From: an uncultured Methylotenera sp. | GTDB taxonomy: Bacteria; Pseudomonadota; Gammaproteobacteria; Burkholderiales; Methylophilaceae | Length of the DNA stretch: 44,202 nt | Direction: 5' to 3' | Assembly: GCA_964652655.1 (NCBI GenBank) | Contig: CAZZDN010000001.1 | Location: 1-44,202, forward strand | Shown here: piece by piece, positions 28,199 to 40,034 of the stretch | Layout: each line of letters begins with the position of its first letter | Position numbering within the stretch: the first letter of the stretch is position 1 | Position numbers and translations under genes: made by a program | The notes under the pieces: model-generated | The model's database searches: none | The model's input: only the letters and a program-made list of their open reading frames with translations | What the model was told of the DNA's origin: nothing

Positions 28199-29293
28199 CT
28201 ATGTTGCAACGAGTTTTTTATGCGTGTGTATGCTCATGAGAATACCAAAGCCTAAATAGAGTGTCACCAGAGAGGTGCCACCATAGCTTATCAATGGCAG
28301 TGGCACGCCCACTACAGGTAATATGCCGCTCACCATGCCCATGTTCACGAATGCATACGAGAAAAAGTTAAGCGTAATACTACCAGCTAATAGCCTGGAA
28401 AATGTATTTTGTGCTTGCGATGCAATCACTAAACCACGCGCAATAATCAGGCTAAATAAAGTCAGTAGTAGCATATTGCCCAGAAAGCCAAACTCCTCGC
28501 TAAATACAGCAAAGATAAAATCAGTGGTACGTTCTGGTAAAAAGTCTAATTGTGTTTGTGTACCGTTAAGCCAACCCTTGCCTGCGCCTCCACCTGAGCC
28601 AATCGCAATAATGGCTTGTATGGTATGGTAGCCAGCACCCAGCGGGTCTTGGGTAGGATCGAACAGTATTTCAATACGCTTTCTTTGATACTCATGTAGT
28701 AGTGACCAAAAAACAGGCGTTAGCGCGAGTAAAGAGGCTGAAGCAATCAGTAAAAAGCGCCAGCTTAAGCCGGCTAGAAACAGTACATAAAAGCCAGAGG
28801 ATGCAATCAACAAAGACGTACCTAGATCTGGTTGCTTCATAATCAGTGCCACTGGAATGGCGAGCAATAAGCTACCGACAATAAAGTTGCTAGCGCTAGG
28901 CTTGCCTTCTCTGCTGGCAAAGTACCAGGCAAGCATCATGGGTACGGCAATTCTCATGAGCTCTGAGGGCTGAATTTGCATAAAGCCTAGATTTAACCAG
29001 CGTCGTGCGCCATGGCTAATCGTACCAAATAGCGCAACGCCAATCAGTAAAAGTAGCCCAAGAACATAGAGTGGTCTGGCCGCACGTTCCAAATTCAGCG
29101 GGGAGATGTTCGCAGCCAACCACATGACGCCAAGTGCCACTGAAACGTTAACGGCTTGTGCGTAAATACGTGAAAAATCTTGGCCAGACGCGCTGTAAAG
29201 CACAAATAAACTCAGTAACATTGCAAAAAACAGGCACGCCATTAAAAATGAGTCAAAGTGCTTGAATAGAAAATGGAATATTCTGCTAATCAT
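28199..29293 (-). CDS. rodA: Peptidoglycan glycosyltransferase RodA
   Basis: GARRWL, QPSE, QPDLGT, FLPERTTDFIF, EEFG and GVPLPLISYGGTS. Directly after mrdA. Confidence 0.96.
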   Translation of the reverse strand: MISRIFHFLFKHFDSFLMACLFFAMLLSLFVLYSASGQDFSRIYAQAVNVSVALGVMWLAANISPLNLERAARPLYVLGLLLLIGVALFGTISHGARRWLNLGFMQIQPSELMRIAVPMMLAWYFASREGKPSASNFIVGSLLLAIPVALIMKQPDLGTSLLIASSGFYVLFLAGLSWRFLLIASASLLALTPVFWSLLHEYQRKRIEILFDPTQDPLGAGYHTIQAIIAIGSGGGAGKGWLNGTQTQLDFLPERTTDFIFAVFSEEFGFLGNMLLLTLFSLIIARGLVIASQAQNTFSRLLAGSITLNFFSYAFVNMGMVSGILPVVGVPLPLISYGGTSLVTLYLGFGILMSIHTHKKLVAT

Positions 29294-31220
29294 GGAACTC
29301 TTCTTCCGTTGTTGTCACCGCGCCTGTAGCGCTTGCTGGCACTGGTTCTGCCACGGCCGTTGGTTCGGTGGCTGGCATTTTGCCTAAGAGGTAGTAATCC
29401 ATTACTTTTCTTGCAATTGGGCCTGCTGCTGAGCCGCCATGACCACCATTTTCAACAATCACGGCAAGTGCGATGGTCGGGTCCTCCGCAGGTGCAAACG
29501 CGATAAATAAAGCATGGTCGCGGTGCCGTTCATTGATGGCATGCTCGTTATATTTTTCATTCTGCTTGATACCAATCACCTGTGCTGTACCTGTTTTGGC
29601 TGCAATAGTGTATTGAGCATTCGCGCCAACACTTGCTGCGGTACCGCCAGGTAGCGTTACGTCTACCATGCCGCGTTTTACAATTTCAACATTTTCAGGG
29701 TTTAGCTCAATGCGGTCTTGTACGATGGTCGGGATGTCGATTTGTTTGCCGGTTAAACCATTCTGAATTTTAGTCACCAGATGTGGCTTCATCGCGACAC
29801 CGTTATTGGCCAAAATTGCTGTTGCTTGGGCTAGTTGCAACGGTGTGGCTAGGGTGTAGCCTTGCCCAATTCCGACAATCACAGTTTCACCTGGATACCA
29901 TGGTTGTTTATAGCGACGCATTTTCCATTCCGGTGTCGGCAATAGTCCTTCGATTTCACCTTTAATGTCAATGTCAGATTTTCTGCCAAAACCAAAATGG
30001 CGTACAAACGATGTGAGCTTATCTATCCCTAGCTCCATCGCTAAACCATAGAAGAAGGTGTCGCAAGAAACGGTAATCGCTTTTTGCATATCCACTACAC
30101 CATGACCGCTTGGCTTCCAATCGCGATAGCGATGACGGCTACCCGGTAGCATGAAAAAGCCAGCATCTTGAATTGCGAACGGTGGATTGCGTTTACCAGC
30201 TTCGAGGCCTGCCAATGCGACAAATGGCTTGAACGTAGAGCCCGGCGGATAGATACCGCGCAGTGGGCGGTTAATTAATGGCTTATCGAGTGACTCGTTT
30301 AATAGTTTCCAGTTTTCGCTATCAATCCCGTCTACAAACAGGTTTGGATTGAAGGTCGGCTGGCTGACATAAGTTAATATTTCGCCGGTTTTAGGGTTGA
30401 TGGCGACCATTGCACCACGTCTTTCACCAAAAGCGGTTTCTGCAATTTCTTGTAGTTTACTGTCAGCGGATAAAATGAGATTATCCCCCGGCACTGGTGC
30501 GTTGCTGGAAAGTACGCGTACCGCATGGCCATCTGCATCGATTTCCACCTGCTGGAAACCTGTTGTGCCATGAAGTTGCTGTTCGTAGAATTGCTCTAAA
30601 CCACTTTTACCGATATGGTCAGAACCCTTGTAGTTGGAGTAAACACCTTGTTGTTTGAGGTTTTCTATGTCTTTATCGTTAATACGTCCGATGTAGCCGA
30701 CCATATGTGAGCCGAGCTTACCAAGCGGATAATGCCTAAATAAACGTGATTTAATCTCAACGCCGGGAAATCGGTAGTGATTCACTGCAAATTTCGCAGC
30801 TTCAATTTCGTTAAGATGCGTACGGATTGGTGCACTTTCAAAGCTGTGACTTTGTTCTCTGAATTTCTTGAAACGTTTTTTATCCAGTGAGCTCACTTCA
30901 ATGAGCTGACCTAGTTCAGTAATGGTGTCGTCAAGATTTTTTACTTTTGCAGGTGTGATTTCTAATGTGTAAACAAAAAAGTTATGTGCGAGCACTACGC
31001 CGTTTTTGTCTAAAATCAGGCCACGATTGGGGATAGTGGGGACCAAAGAAATGCGGTTATTTTCTGCCAGTGTTTGATAATGGTTGTAATGCAGAATTTG
31101 TAAGTAATAAAATCGAAAAGCAAGTAAAGCAAATAAGCTAAGCACGACAAAGCCTGCAAAACCAAGACGTACCCTAAAGTAATATTGCTCGTGAATATAG
31201 TTTTTAAGTTCAGCAACCAT
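29286..31220 (-). CDS. mrdA: Penicillin-binding protein 2
   Basis: LAENNRI, RGLI.D.NG, YPPGSTFK, SCD, KTGTAQ and RDHALF. Confidence 0.96.
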   Translation of the reverse strand: MVAELKNYIHEQYYFRVRLGFAGFVVLSLFALLAFRFYYLQILHYNHYQTLAENNRISLVPTIPNRGLILDKNGVVLAHNFFVYTLEITPAKVKNLDDTITELGQLIEVSSLDKKRFKKFREQSHSFESAPIRTHLNEIEAAKFAVNHYRFPGVEIKSRLFRHYPLGKLGSHMVGYIGRINDKDIENLKQQGVYSNYKGSDHIGKSGLEQFYEQQLHGTTGFQQVEIDADGHAVRVLSSNAPVPGDNLILSADSKLQEIAETAFGERRGAMVAINPKTGEILTYVSQPTFNPNLFVDGIDSENWKLLNESLDKPLINRPLRGIYPPGSTFKPFVALAGLEAGKRNPPFAIQDAGFFMLPGSRHRYRDWKPSGHGVVDMQKAITVSCDTFFYGLAMELGIDKLTSFVRHFGFGRKSDIDIKGEIEGLLPTPEWKMRRYKQPWYPGETVIVGIGQGYTLATPLQLAQATAILANNGVAMKPHLVTKIQNGLTGKQIDIPTIVQDRIELNPENVEIVKRGMVDVTLPGGTAASVGANAQYTIAAKTGTAQVIGIKQNEKYNEHAINERHRDHALFIAFAPAEDPTIALAVIVENGGHGGSAAGPIARKVMDYYLLGKMPATEPTAVAEPVPASATGAVTTTEEEFHD

Positions 31221-31227
31221 ACTTACA

Positions 31228-31707
31228 TCATTTACTACGAGAAGATCTGCTAGTGTTCAGGCCCAAAGCAACCGCAAGTTGCCACAGAATAACACCTGTA
31301 ATGCTAGGTAGAAAATAAGCCCAACCTAAAGACTCATTACCTGCAAATGTTTTAACGGTAAGCAAGGTGACTTGAGAAATAATTAACAGTAACAGTACAT
31401 AAACTAACTGTTGTGAATTGCTAAATAACACTAAGCGACGCTGATAAATGACGGCCACAAATGCGGTGATAGTGTATGCCAGTGCATGCTGACCAAAAAT
31501 GCCGCCTGTGGCTAAATCTACCCAAAGTCCAATAAACCAAGCTGTACCAATATTGCATTTATTGGGTGCGCGCAATGTCCAGAAAATAATGACCAGTAGC
31601 ACAAAATCAGGGCGGAGTTTAAGTGCCATGCCTGACCACGGCAGCAAAATACATATAAAAGCGGCCAGCAATGATAAGTAGATTGTTTGTAACTTATTCT
31701 TCTGCAT
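31228..31707 (-). CDS. mreD: Rod shape-determining protein MreD
   Basis: Hydrophobic protein with RPDFVLLV..FW and GL.VD...G..FGQHALAY. Lies between mreC and mrdA. Confidence 0.92.
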   Translation of the reverse strand: MQKNKLQTIYLSLLAAFICILLPWSGMALKLRPDFVLLVIIFWTLRAPNKCNIGTAWFIGLWVDLATGGIFGQHALAYTITAFVAVIYQRRLVLFSNSQQLVYVLLLLIISQVTLLTVKTFAGNESLGWAYFLPSITGVILWQLAVALGLNTSRSSRSK

Positions 31708-32752
31708 GAGGTTTAGGTTGCGTGTTGATGTCGATATTGGCAGCAGTTGCCGGATTCGTTGTTATGTTGGTTGGAGTTTGAGCGTTTGTTGCAGGCGTTT
31801 TTTTTATGTTTGGTGCTTTCGTTGTATTGTTCTTAGCCCCATTATTCTCAGTGGGTAGTGATGGTTTTTTAGAAATTGTTTCGGTGCTATTCAGCGGCTG
31901 TTTGATGCTTACCAGCAGCACTTGTTTGTGGTTTTCAATGCCACCAGTCGGTATACAAACAATTCTTGCAAACGGAGAATCTTGTGTGGTTTGAATGTCA
32001 GTGACAGTTGCGACAGCAAGCCCTTTGGGGTAGATGCCATCAATTCCTGAGGTAATGAGTTTGTCACCAGGCTTGATATCCACGTTTGCAGGCAAGAATG
32101 GTAAATCTAATGTGTTGTCACGACCATGTCCAAAAGCGATGGCGCGTAATCCGTTGCGTTCGATTTGGATGGGGATGGTGAGTGATTTGTCGGTGATTAA
32201 CGTAACTTCACTGCTTGCAGGGTAAGTGCGAGTCACTTGACCAATGACGCCTCTTGCGTCCACAACTGCGGCACCCTCTGCAACCTGGTGAACACTGCCA
32301 CGATTCACAATAATTTTTTTAGTAAAAGGGTCTCGGCCTACATGCAAAATCTCACCAAGTTGGCTCATTTCTTCCAGCGATTGATTTGCTTGCAGTAAGT
32401 CACGCAAATTGGTGTTTTCTAATTCAAGCGCTTTCATTTTCTGCAAAGACACTGCATGAACTAGGCTTTGTTTACGGAGTGCTTCATTTTCATTGAGCAG
32501 GCGGTGGTGCGTAGAGAAGTACGTGTTAGTCGCGTCATAAAACGTAGTCGGTGCGTTTGCAATCAACTGCAGAGGCTGTAACACCACCATTAAATGCTCA
32601 CGCAAACTACTTAAGTATTGAAGGCGTGAATCTGTTGCCATTAATGTTAAAGAGAGCGCAGAGAAGAATGCTAGGCGAGCAAGTGGGCTGGGGCCACGCG
32701 CAAAAAAGGCTGGGGCTTGCTGTTGATCCAGATTTTGATGATAGCCAGCCAT
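31694..32752 (-). CDS. mreC: Rod shape-determining protein MreC
   Basis: FF.RGPS, TM helix, coiled coil (LELEN.NLR.LL), GVIGQV and GD.LITSGIDGIYPKG, with a low-complexity C-terminal tail. Confidence 0.94.
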   Translation of the reverse strand: MAGYHQNLDQQQAPAFFARGPSPLARLAFFSALSLTLMATDSRLQYLSSLREHLMVVLQPLQLIANAPTTFYDATNTYFSTHHRLLNENEALRKQSLVHAVSLQKMKALELENTNLRDLLQANQSLEEMSQLGEILHVGRDPFTKKIIVNRGSVHQVAEGAAVVDARGVIGQVTRTYPASSEVTLITDKSLTIPIQIERNGLRAIAFGHGRDNTLDLPFLPANVDIKPGDKLITSGIDGIYPKGLAVATVTDIQTTQDSPFARIVCIPTGGIENHKQVLLVSIKQPLNSTETISKKPSLPTENNGAKNNTTKAPNIKKTPATNAQTPTNITTNPATAANIDINTQPKPHAEE

Positions 32753-32795
32753 GATTAAAAGGTTGCTAGTTCCAAACGTTAATGTGATTAATATG

Positions 32796-32828
32796 AAAAC
32801 GATAGGCCGTATTGATACGGCCTATCGT
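32796..32828 (-). terminator. Strong hairpin between mreB and mreC (partial terminator or mRNA stability element)
   Basis: acgataggccgtat-tg-atacggcctatcgt is a perfect 14-bp inverted repeat. On the minus strand only a short U-run follows. Confidence 0.65.
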
Positions 32829-32925
32829 GATTGTTTCAATTATAACAACAGCTAAAAATTGATAGACGCTCAGTTGCAGTCATCTTGAACGTTTTTAGCA
32901 TGTTTTGCTTTTTAGTTGATGATGG

Positions 32926-34057
<1,132 letters not shown>

Positions 34058-34111
34058 AATCACACGATTAGGGCGCACGAAAAATCAGGTTATAATACCG
34101 TATATCTTGTT

Positions 34112-34168
34112 GAAAATTAAGATGCATTGGAAAAATTAACGTGCATCGAGGAGAATTTTACGTAAGTC
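34112..34168. repeat. Two to three degenerate 18-20 bp direct repeats upstream of gatC
   Basis: gaaaattaagatgcattg / gaaaaattaacgtgcatcg / aggagaattttacgtaagtc. Confidence 0.5.
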
Positions 34169-34292
34169 AGGTTGCGCTATCTAAATTACGCAACTGGTTG
34201 CATGACCCTCATATTCAATAACTAAAGATTATCTAGGTGAGTTTGTTACAAACTTATCAAATTTCAACTAATCATTTTGGATTGTTAGAAGT

Positions 34293-34607
34293 ATGGCACT
34301 GAGTACTGATGATATAAAAAAAATAGCGCATCTTGCCCGCATTGAGGTCACAGATAGCGATGCTGCGGCAACCTTATCTAAACTAACTGGTATTTTGGGT
34401 CTAATTGAGCAAATGCAGGCGGTGAACACTGAGGGTATTAAGCCTATGTCGCATTCACAAGATGTCGTGCAACGCTTACGTGATGACGTGGTGACAAAAA
34501 CTAATCAGCGTGATGTCTTCCAAAAAATTTCGCCAGTGTTGGGCAATGGCTCGGCAGAGCTTGCTGTAGACAGCGGCTTGTATCTTGTACCTAAAGTAAT
34601 CGAGTAA
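34293..34607 (+). CDS. gatC: Asp/Glu-tRNA amidotransferase subunit C
   Basis: IAHLARI, PMSH, RLRDDVV and [10 protein letters not shown]. First gene of gatCAB. Confidence 0.95.
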   Translation: MALSTDDIKKIAHLARIEVTDSDAAATLSKLTGILGLIEQMQAVNTEGIKPMSHSQDVVQRLRDDVVTKTNQRDVFQKISPVLGNGSAELAVDSGLYLVPKVIE

Positions 34608-34615
34608 TCGTAATC

Positions 34616-36100
34616 ATGATCAACAGTAGCTTAAAAACCTTAGCCAACATGCTGGCTAACAAAGAAATTTCTAGTGTAGAGCTGACGCAAACTTTTCTAG
34701 ACCGTATCGACGCGCTTAATCCAACTATCAACGCCTATATTGCGCTAGACCAAGATAAAACCTTGGCGCAAGCAAAAGCGGCTGATGCCCGCATCGCCGC
34801 TGGCAACGCGACACCGTTGACTGGCGTCCCGATTGCGCAAAAAGATATTTTTTGTGCCGTCGGCTGGAAAACCACTTGCGGCTCAAAAATGCTGGAAAAC
34901 TTTATCGCCCCCTATGATGCACACGTGATTACGCAGTTTGACCAAGCGGGTGCGGTGAATTTGGGTAAAACCAATATGGACGAGTTCGCGATGGGTTCTT
35001 CCAACGAAACCAGCTATTTTGGCGGCGTAAAAAACCCTTGGGATTTCAGCCGTGTGCCAGGTGGCAGTAGTGGCGGTAGTGCGGCCGCAGTGGCTGCGCG
35101 GTTATGTGCAGCGGCAACTGGTACCGATACTGGCGGTTCTATCCGCCAGCCAGCTTCATTGTGTGGTTTTACCGGCTTGAAGCCGACTTACGGTGTGGTA
35201 TCACGCTATGGCATGATCGCGTTCGCTTCCAGTTTGGATCAAGCGGGGCCGATGGCAAAGTCTGCAGAAGACTGCGCGTTAATGATGAACGTAATGGCAG
35301 GTTTTGACGAACGTGATTCGACCAGTTTGAATCGTGAAAAAGAAGATTACACCAGAGATTTAAATAAACCGTTACAGGGTTTAAGAGTCGGCCTGCCGAA
35401 AGAGTTCTTTGCCGAAGGTTTGGACGCAGGCGTGGGCAAGGTGATTGAAGATGCGATTGCTGAGTATAAAAAACTAGGTGCTGAAATTGTGGAAATTTCA
35501 CTGCCGAATACCGGTTTATCAATTCCCGTGTATTACGTGCTTGCACCTGCTGAGGCTTCTAGCAACTTGTCACGTTATGACGGTGTGCGTTACGGTCACC
35601 GTACCGCAGAATATACTGACTTGATGGATATGTACTGTAAGAGCCGTGCCGAAGGTTTTGGCGCAGAAGTGAAGCGCCGTATTTTAATCGGTACCTATGT
35701 ATTAAGTGCAGGTTATTACGATGCTTATTATCTTAAAGCGCAGCAGATTCGCCGTTTAATTGCACAAGACTTTGAAGAAGCTTTCAAAAAATGTGATGTG
35801 ATTATGGGGCCAGCGGCACCTTCTACAGCCTTTAAAGCGGGCGAGAAGGTTGATGACCCCGTGGCGATGTATCTGCAAGATATTTATACCATCTCCACCA
35901 ACTTGGCAGGTTTGCCAGGTATGAGCGTACCAGCAGGCTTTAGCACCAGTGCTGACGGTAAAGCTTTGCCAGTAGGTTTGCAGATTATTGGTAATTATTT
36001 TGATGAAGCACGTATGTTGAACGTGGCGCATCAGTATCAACAAGTGACAGATTGGCATACTGCCATGCCAGAGCTGGATGTATTGGAAGGGTCTAAGTAA
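34616..36100 (+). CDS. gatA: Asp/Glu-tRNA amidotransferase subunit A
   Basis: Amidase signature [37 protein letters not shown] and [12 protein letters not shown]. Confidence 0.97.
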   Translation: MINSSLKTLANMLANKEISSVELTQTFLDRIDALNPTINAYIALDQDKTLAQAKAADARIAAGNATPLTGVPIAQKDIFCAVGWKTTCGSKMLENFIAPYDAHVITQFDQAGAVNLGKTNMDEFAMGSSNETSYFGGVKNPWDFSRVPGGSSGGSAAAVAARLCAAATGTDTGGSIRQPASLCGFTGLKPTYGVVSRYGMIAFASSLDQAGPMAKSAEDCALMMNVMAGFDERDSTSLNREKEDYTRDLNKPLQGLRVGLPKEFFAEGLDAGVGKVIEDAIAEYKKLGAEIVEISLPNTGLSIPVYYVLAPAEASSNLSRYDGVRYGHRTAEYTDLMDMYCKSRAEGFGAEVKRRILIGTYVLSAGYYDAYYLKAQQIRRLIAQDFEEAFKKCDVIMGPAAPSTAFKAGEKVDDPVAMYLQDIYTISTNLAGLPGMSVPAGFSTSADGKALPVGLQIIGNYFDEARMLNVAHQYQQVTDWHTAMPELDVLEGSK

Positions 36101-37548
36101 TGGAATGGGAAGTCGTGATTGGGTTGGAAACACATACCCAATTAAAAACAAATACTAAAATTTTCTCAGGCGCCTCTACTACGTATGGCGCAGAGCCAAA
36201 CACACAGGCGTGTGAGGTGAGTATTGCCTTGCCGGGCGTATTGCCAGTATTGAATCAAGAAGCCGTTAACTGTGCGATTAAGTTTGGCCTAGCGATACAT
36301 GCCGAGATTGCACCGCGTTCTGTATTTGCGCGTAAAAACTACTTTTATCCAGATTTACCCAAAGGCTACCAAATTAGTCAGTATGAATTGCCGGTAGTAG
36401 GCAAAGGCGCAGTGACTATCCAAGTGCCTGCAGTCGGTAAGCATGCGGCCTATGAAAAATTGATTAATATCACCCGTGCACATTTGGAAGAAGATGCTGG
36501 TAAATCAGTGCATGGCGCAGTAGAAGGCATGAGCGGTATCGATTTGAATCGTGCCGGTACCCCGTTGCTGGAAATTGTGACCGAACCAGACATGCGTTCA
36601 GCCGCAGAGGCGGTTGCTTATGCCAAAAAATTGCACGAATTGGTGCAATGGATAGGTATTTGCGACGGCAATATGCAGGAAGGCAGTTTCAGGTGCGATG
36701 TGAACGTTTCTGTGCGCCCGAAAGGTAGCGATAAGTTAGGAACACGTCGTGAGATTAAAAACCTCAACTCGTTTAAATTTATGCAACAGGCGATTGAGTA
36801 TGAAACCCGCTGGCAAATTGAAACGCTAGAAGATGGCGGTACCATCCAGCAGGCAACTGTACTGTTTAACCCGGATACCGGTGAAACGCGTGCCATGCGT
36901 AGCAAAGAAGAAGCGAATGATTACCGCTACTTCCCAGATCCTGATTTGTTGCCGTTGGAAATTACTGAAGCGGATAAAGCACGTGTCCGAGCAGAAATGC
37001 CAGAGTTGCCAGAGGCGATGAAGGCCAGATTTGAAAGTCAGTTTGGTCTAACCAATTATGATGCGGCTACGCTCACAGCAAACCGAGAACTTGCAGATTA
37101 CTTCGTGGCGGTAGTGAACGCTGGTGCAGAAGCTAAGCCAGCGGCTAACTGGGTGATGGGGGCGATTTCTGCCAAACTGAACGCAGAAGAAAAATCCTTG
37201 GCGGCATCGCCAGTGAGCGCTGAGAGTTTGGCTGCCCTGATTAAACGTATCACCGATAACACCATTTCTAATAACGCTGCTAAGCAAGTGTTTGAAGCGA
37301 TGTGGAATGGTGAGGGTGAGGTGGATGCCATTATTGAAGCTAAAGGCCTCAAGCAGGTTTCTGACACGGGCGCGATTGAAGCGATTATCGACGAAGTGTT
37401 GGCAGCTAATACAGCAATGGTGGAAGAATTCAAAGCAGGCAAAGAAAAAGCATTTAATGCGCTGGTAGGCCAAGCGATGAAGGCTTCTAAAGGTAAGGCT
37501 AACCCAGCACAAGTGAATGAAGTCTTGAAGAAAAAGTTAGGCGCTTAG
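36100..37548 (+). CDS. gatB: Asp/Glu-tRNA amidotransferase subunit B
   Basis: [48 protein letters not shown] and [10 protein letters not shown]. One-base overlap with gatA. Confidence 0.97.
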   Translation: MEWEVVIGLETHTQLKTNTKIFSGASTTYGAEPNTQACEVSIALPGVLPVLNQEAVNCAIKFGLAIHAEIAPRSVFARKNYFYPDLPKGYQISQYELPVVGKGAVTIQVPAVGKHAAYEKLINITRAHLEEDAGKSVHGAVEGMSGIDLNRAGTPLLEIVTEPDMRSAAEAVAYAKKLHELVQWIGICDGNMQEGSFRCDVNVSVRPKGSDKLGTRREIKNLNSFKFMQQAIEYETRWQIETLEDGGTIQQATVLFNPDTGETRAMRSKEEANDYRYFPDPDLLPLEITEADKARVRAEMPELPEAMKARFESQFGLTNYDAATLTANRELADYFVAVVNAGAEAKPAANWVMGAISAKLNAEEKSLAASPVSAESLAALIKRITDNTISNNAAKQVFEAMWNGEGEVDAIIEAKGLKQVSDTGAIEAIIDEVLAANTAMVEEFKAGKEKAFNALVGQAMKASKGKANPAQVNEVLKKKLGA

Positions 37549-37567
37549 TTTCGCTGCAGTTTGTGGT

Positions 37568-37630
37568 TTGGTTTAACTGCTGTTGGCTCAACTGGTGCTT
37601 GCTTAGTTGGTTGTAGTGGTTAGTCGGTTG
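37568..37630. repeat. Degenerate GT-rich ~15-bp tandem units downstream of gatB
   Basis: ttggtttaactgctg / ttggctcaactggtg (12/15 identical) and ttgcttagttggttg / gtggttagtcggttg (12/15 identical). Confidence 0.45.
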
Positions 37631-37723
37631 AAGAATTGACTGTCGCTCTGACTAAAAATTAGGCTAACTAGTGATTGTTTGCCCAAATAGAGCTAATAGT
37701 TGTTTTTAATGATTAATATGATT

Positions 37724-37759
37724 GAAAAAGCCCTGAGTTTTTATTCTCTGGGCTTTTTC
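37724..37759. terminator. Likely bidirectional Rho-independent terminator between gatB and the DUF4124 gene
   Basis: gaaaaagccc(t)gag...ctc(t)gggctttttc inverted repeat with A and T flanks. Confidence 0.75.
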
Positions 37760-37821
37760 TGCTTAATTGGCTAGTGCGACCGCAATCTGATGTGATGTTT
37801 CCAATACTAGCGAGCGCCCTA

Positions 37822-38508
37822 TTAGGGAGTCTTACCCGCCTGACTTTTTAGTAACAGGTAGCGTTTTTTATCGTCGCCAAAACGTTGACGTGTAGCCTCA
37901 ATCGCATCTTTTCGTCCCGCTATCTTATGGTCTATCACTTCAATCAGGCTTTCTTCGTTTGCTATTTCAGTTTTAAGTTCTGCAGGCACACTTTTTTTCT
38001 TTTTCTCTAAGCTGGCGGCCATTGCTTTTTTAGTGTCTAAGCTTTTTTGGTGATTAGCTCTTTCTTGTTGTAAATTTTCTAATGCAATTTTGTCTAGTTG
38101 GATGTTGCGCTCTAAAGCAAGATCAATTTCAATAGCGTTCGTAAAAGCGCCTAGTAATGCTTTGTCTTTCTTAGCTTGTTCTGATTTGGCATATTCGATT
38201 TTAGCCAGTTCATCCTGATTGGATGCTGACTCTAATGGTTTGTTATGTTTGACGGTAATTCCTTGGCGGTTAATCAGCGAGTTTTCGCGATTAATATATT
38301 GCGTAGGGATGGAGTCGCCATAATGCGTGACGCCCTTCTCATCTTTCCATTTAACAATTCTGCCTGAGCCCTCTGCCTGTGCAGATTGCGTTGAACAAAT
38401 AAACAGCATCAGGCACAGAATCCATAGGCTGCTGAATGCTGGTGTATAGGTGCGTACAGTCAGACGCACGGTTTGTCTTTGCGAGAGTGGGTCAAACAGT
38501 CTTTCCAT
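37822..38508 (-). CDS. DUF4124-domain periplasmic protein with coiled-coil C-terminus
   Basis: Signal-peptide-like segment ending AQA, IVKWKDEKGVTHYGDSIP and a long coiled coil. Directly downstream of pyrE. Confidence 0.8.
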   Translation of the reverse strand: MERLFDPLSQRQTVRLTVRTYTPAFSSLWILCLMLFICSTQSAQAEGSGRIVKWKDEKGVTHYGDSIPTQYINRENSLINRQGITVKHNKPLESASNQDELAKIEYAKSEQAKKDKALLGAFTNAIEIDLALERNIQLDKIALENLQQERANHQKSLDTKKAMAASLEKKKKSVPAELKTEIANEESLIEVIDHKIAGRKDAIEATRQRFGDDKKRYLLLKSQAGKTP

Positions 38509-38573
38509 GTCGATGTGAATAACCTTTCAGGTGTTTTACATTAACTATGGTTTCACAAGTTGCCTATAGTTAA

Positions 38574-39227
38574 TTAAATGACACCATATTTTTGTCGATA
38601 CGCTTCAACCGCATGCAAGTTTTGCGCCATCTCGGTTTTGTCATTTAAATAAGCTAACAAATCATTCAGATTAGCAATGGCGCACACCGGTATTTTGTTA
38701 CTGTTGATGACTTCCTGCACGGCTGAAAGCTCGCCTAGACCTTTCTCTTGGCGGTCAATCGCAATCGCTACGCCACAAGCTGTGGCGCCGCTGGCATTGA
38801 TCAATTCAACAGACTCACGTACTGAAGTGCCGGCTGAAATCACATCGTCAATGATGAGAACTCGACCCTTGAGTGGGCTGCCTACAATCACGCCCCCTTC
38901 ACCGTGGTCTTTTGCCTCTTTACGGTTGTAGGCATAGGGTACATTGTGACCATCTTTGGCAAGTGCGATGGCAATACTTGCCGCTAATGTAATACCTTTG
39001 TACGCTGGGCCAAACAGCATGTCGAATGCAATGCCTGAATTTTTAATCGCTTGCGCGTAGAACTCGCCCAGTTTCATCAGGCTTTCGCCATCGTTAAATA
39101 AACCGGCGTTGAAAAAGTAGGGGCTTAATCTGCCGGCTTTGGTTTTAAATTCACCAAATTTTAAAACCTCTTTTTGGATTGCAAATGCGATAAAATCTTG
39201 CCTGAATTGATCGAGTGGTTGGGTCAT
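38574..39227 (-). CDS. pyrE: Orotate phosphoribosyltransferase
   Basis: [39 protein letters not shown] and the PRPP motif [11 protein letters not shown]. Confidence 0.97.
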   Translation of the reverse strand: MTQPLDQFRQDFIAFAIQKEVLKFGEFKTKAGRLSPYFFNAGLFNDGESLMKLGEFYAQAIKNSGIAFDMLFGPAYKGITLAASIAIALAKDGHNVPYAYNRKEAKDHGEGGVIVGSPLKGRVLIIDDVISAGTSVRESVELINASGATACGVAIAIDRQEKGLGELSAVQEVINSNKIPVCAIANLNDLLAYLNDKTEMAQNLHAVEAYRQKYGVI

Positions 39228-39259
39228 GATAGTTTCTGCTAATTATTTGGAATAAAGTT

Positions 39260-40030
39260 TTGAAGATTATATCGTTAAATTTAAATGGCATCCGTTCTGC
39301 AACTAACAAAGGTTTGTATGCGTGGTTAAAAAACCAAGATGCGGACGTGATCTGCATGCAGGAGCTCAAGGCGCAGGCTGGCGATATGACGGCGCAAATG
39401 TTAAATCCTGAAGGTTATTATGGCTATTTTCATTATGCGGAAAAAAAGGGCTATAGCGGCGTTGGTATTTACTCAAAAAAGAAAGCTGACAGCGTGATTG
39501 AGGGCTTGGGCATAGACGATATTGATAGTGAGGGGCGTTATCTTGAAGCTAGATTTGGCAATTTGAGCGTGGTATCGCTGTACTTGCCATCCGGTTCTAG
39601 CGGTGAAGAGCGTCAAGCCTTTAAGTTTAGTGTGATGGAGCGCTTTATGCCGCAATTGCAGGCGCTAGTACAAAGCGGGCGCGACGTAGTGATTTGTGGT
39701 GACTGGAACATTGCACATAAAGAAGCTGACCTGAAAAACTGGAAAGGCAACCGCAAGAATTCAGGTTTCTTGCCAGAAGAGCGCGCATGGTTGACGCAGC
39801 TGTTTGACGAAATGGGTTGGGTGGATGTTTACCGTACCTTACATCCGGATACTACGGATGCCTGTTATACCTGGTGGAGCAATCGCGGCCAGGCATGGGC
39901 GAATAATGTAGGGTGGCGTATTGATTACCAAATTGCAACGCCAGTTTTTGCGGCCAAAGCTTTATCAACCAGCGTATATAAAGATGAGCGCTTTAGTGAT
40001 CATGCGCCTTTAATTGTAGAGTATGCTTAA
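39260..40030 (+). CDS. xth: Exodeoxyribonuclease III / AP endonuclease
   Basis: N.NGIR, QELK, GYSGV, YLPSG, GDWNIAH, SGFLPEER, YTWWS, GWRIDY and SDHAP. TTG start. Confidence 0.92.
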   Translation: MKIISLNLNGIRSATNKGLYAWLKNQDADVICMQELKAQAGDMTAQMLNPEGYYGYFHYAEKKGYSGVGIYSKKKADSVIEGLGIDDIDSEGRYLEARFGNLSVVSLYLPSGSSGEERQAFKFSVMERFMPQLQALVQSGRDVVICGDWNIAHKEADLKNWKGNRKNSGFLPEERAWLTQLFDEMGWVDVYRTLHPDTTDACYTWWSNRGQAWANNVGWRIDYQIATPVFAAKALSTSVYKDERFSDHAPLIVEYA

Positions 40031-40034
40031 CAAC

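Noticed and set aside
29286-29370. ATGAVT in the PBP2 tail and SGAS in GatB as ApbE flavinylation motifs
   Set aside because: TGAV does not fit [ST]GA[ST], and GatB is cytoplasmic. No credible ApbE substrate lies in the window.
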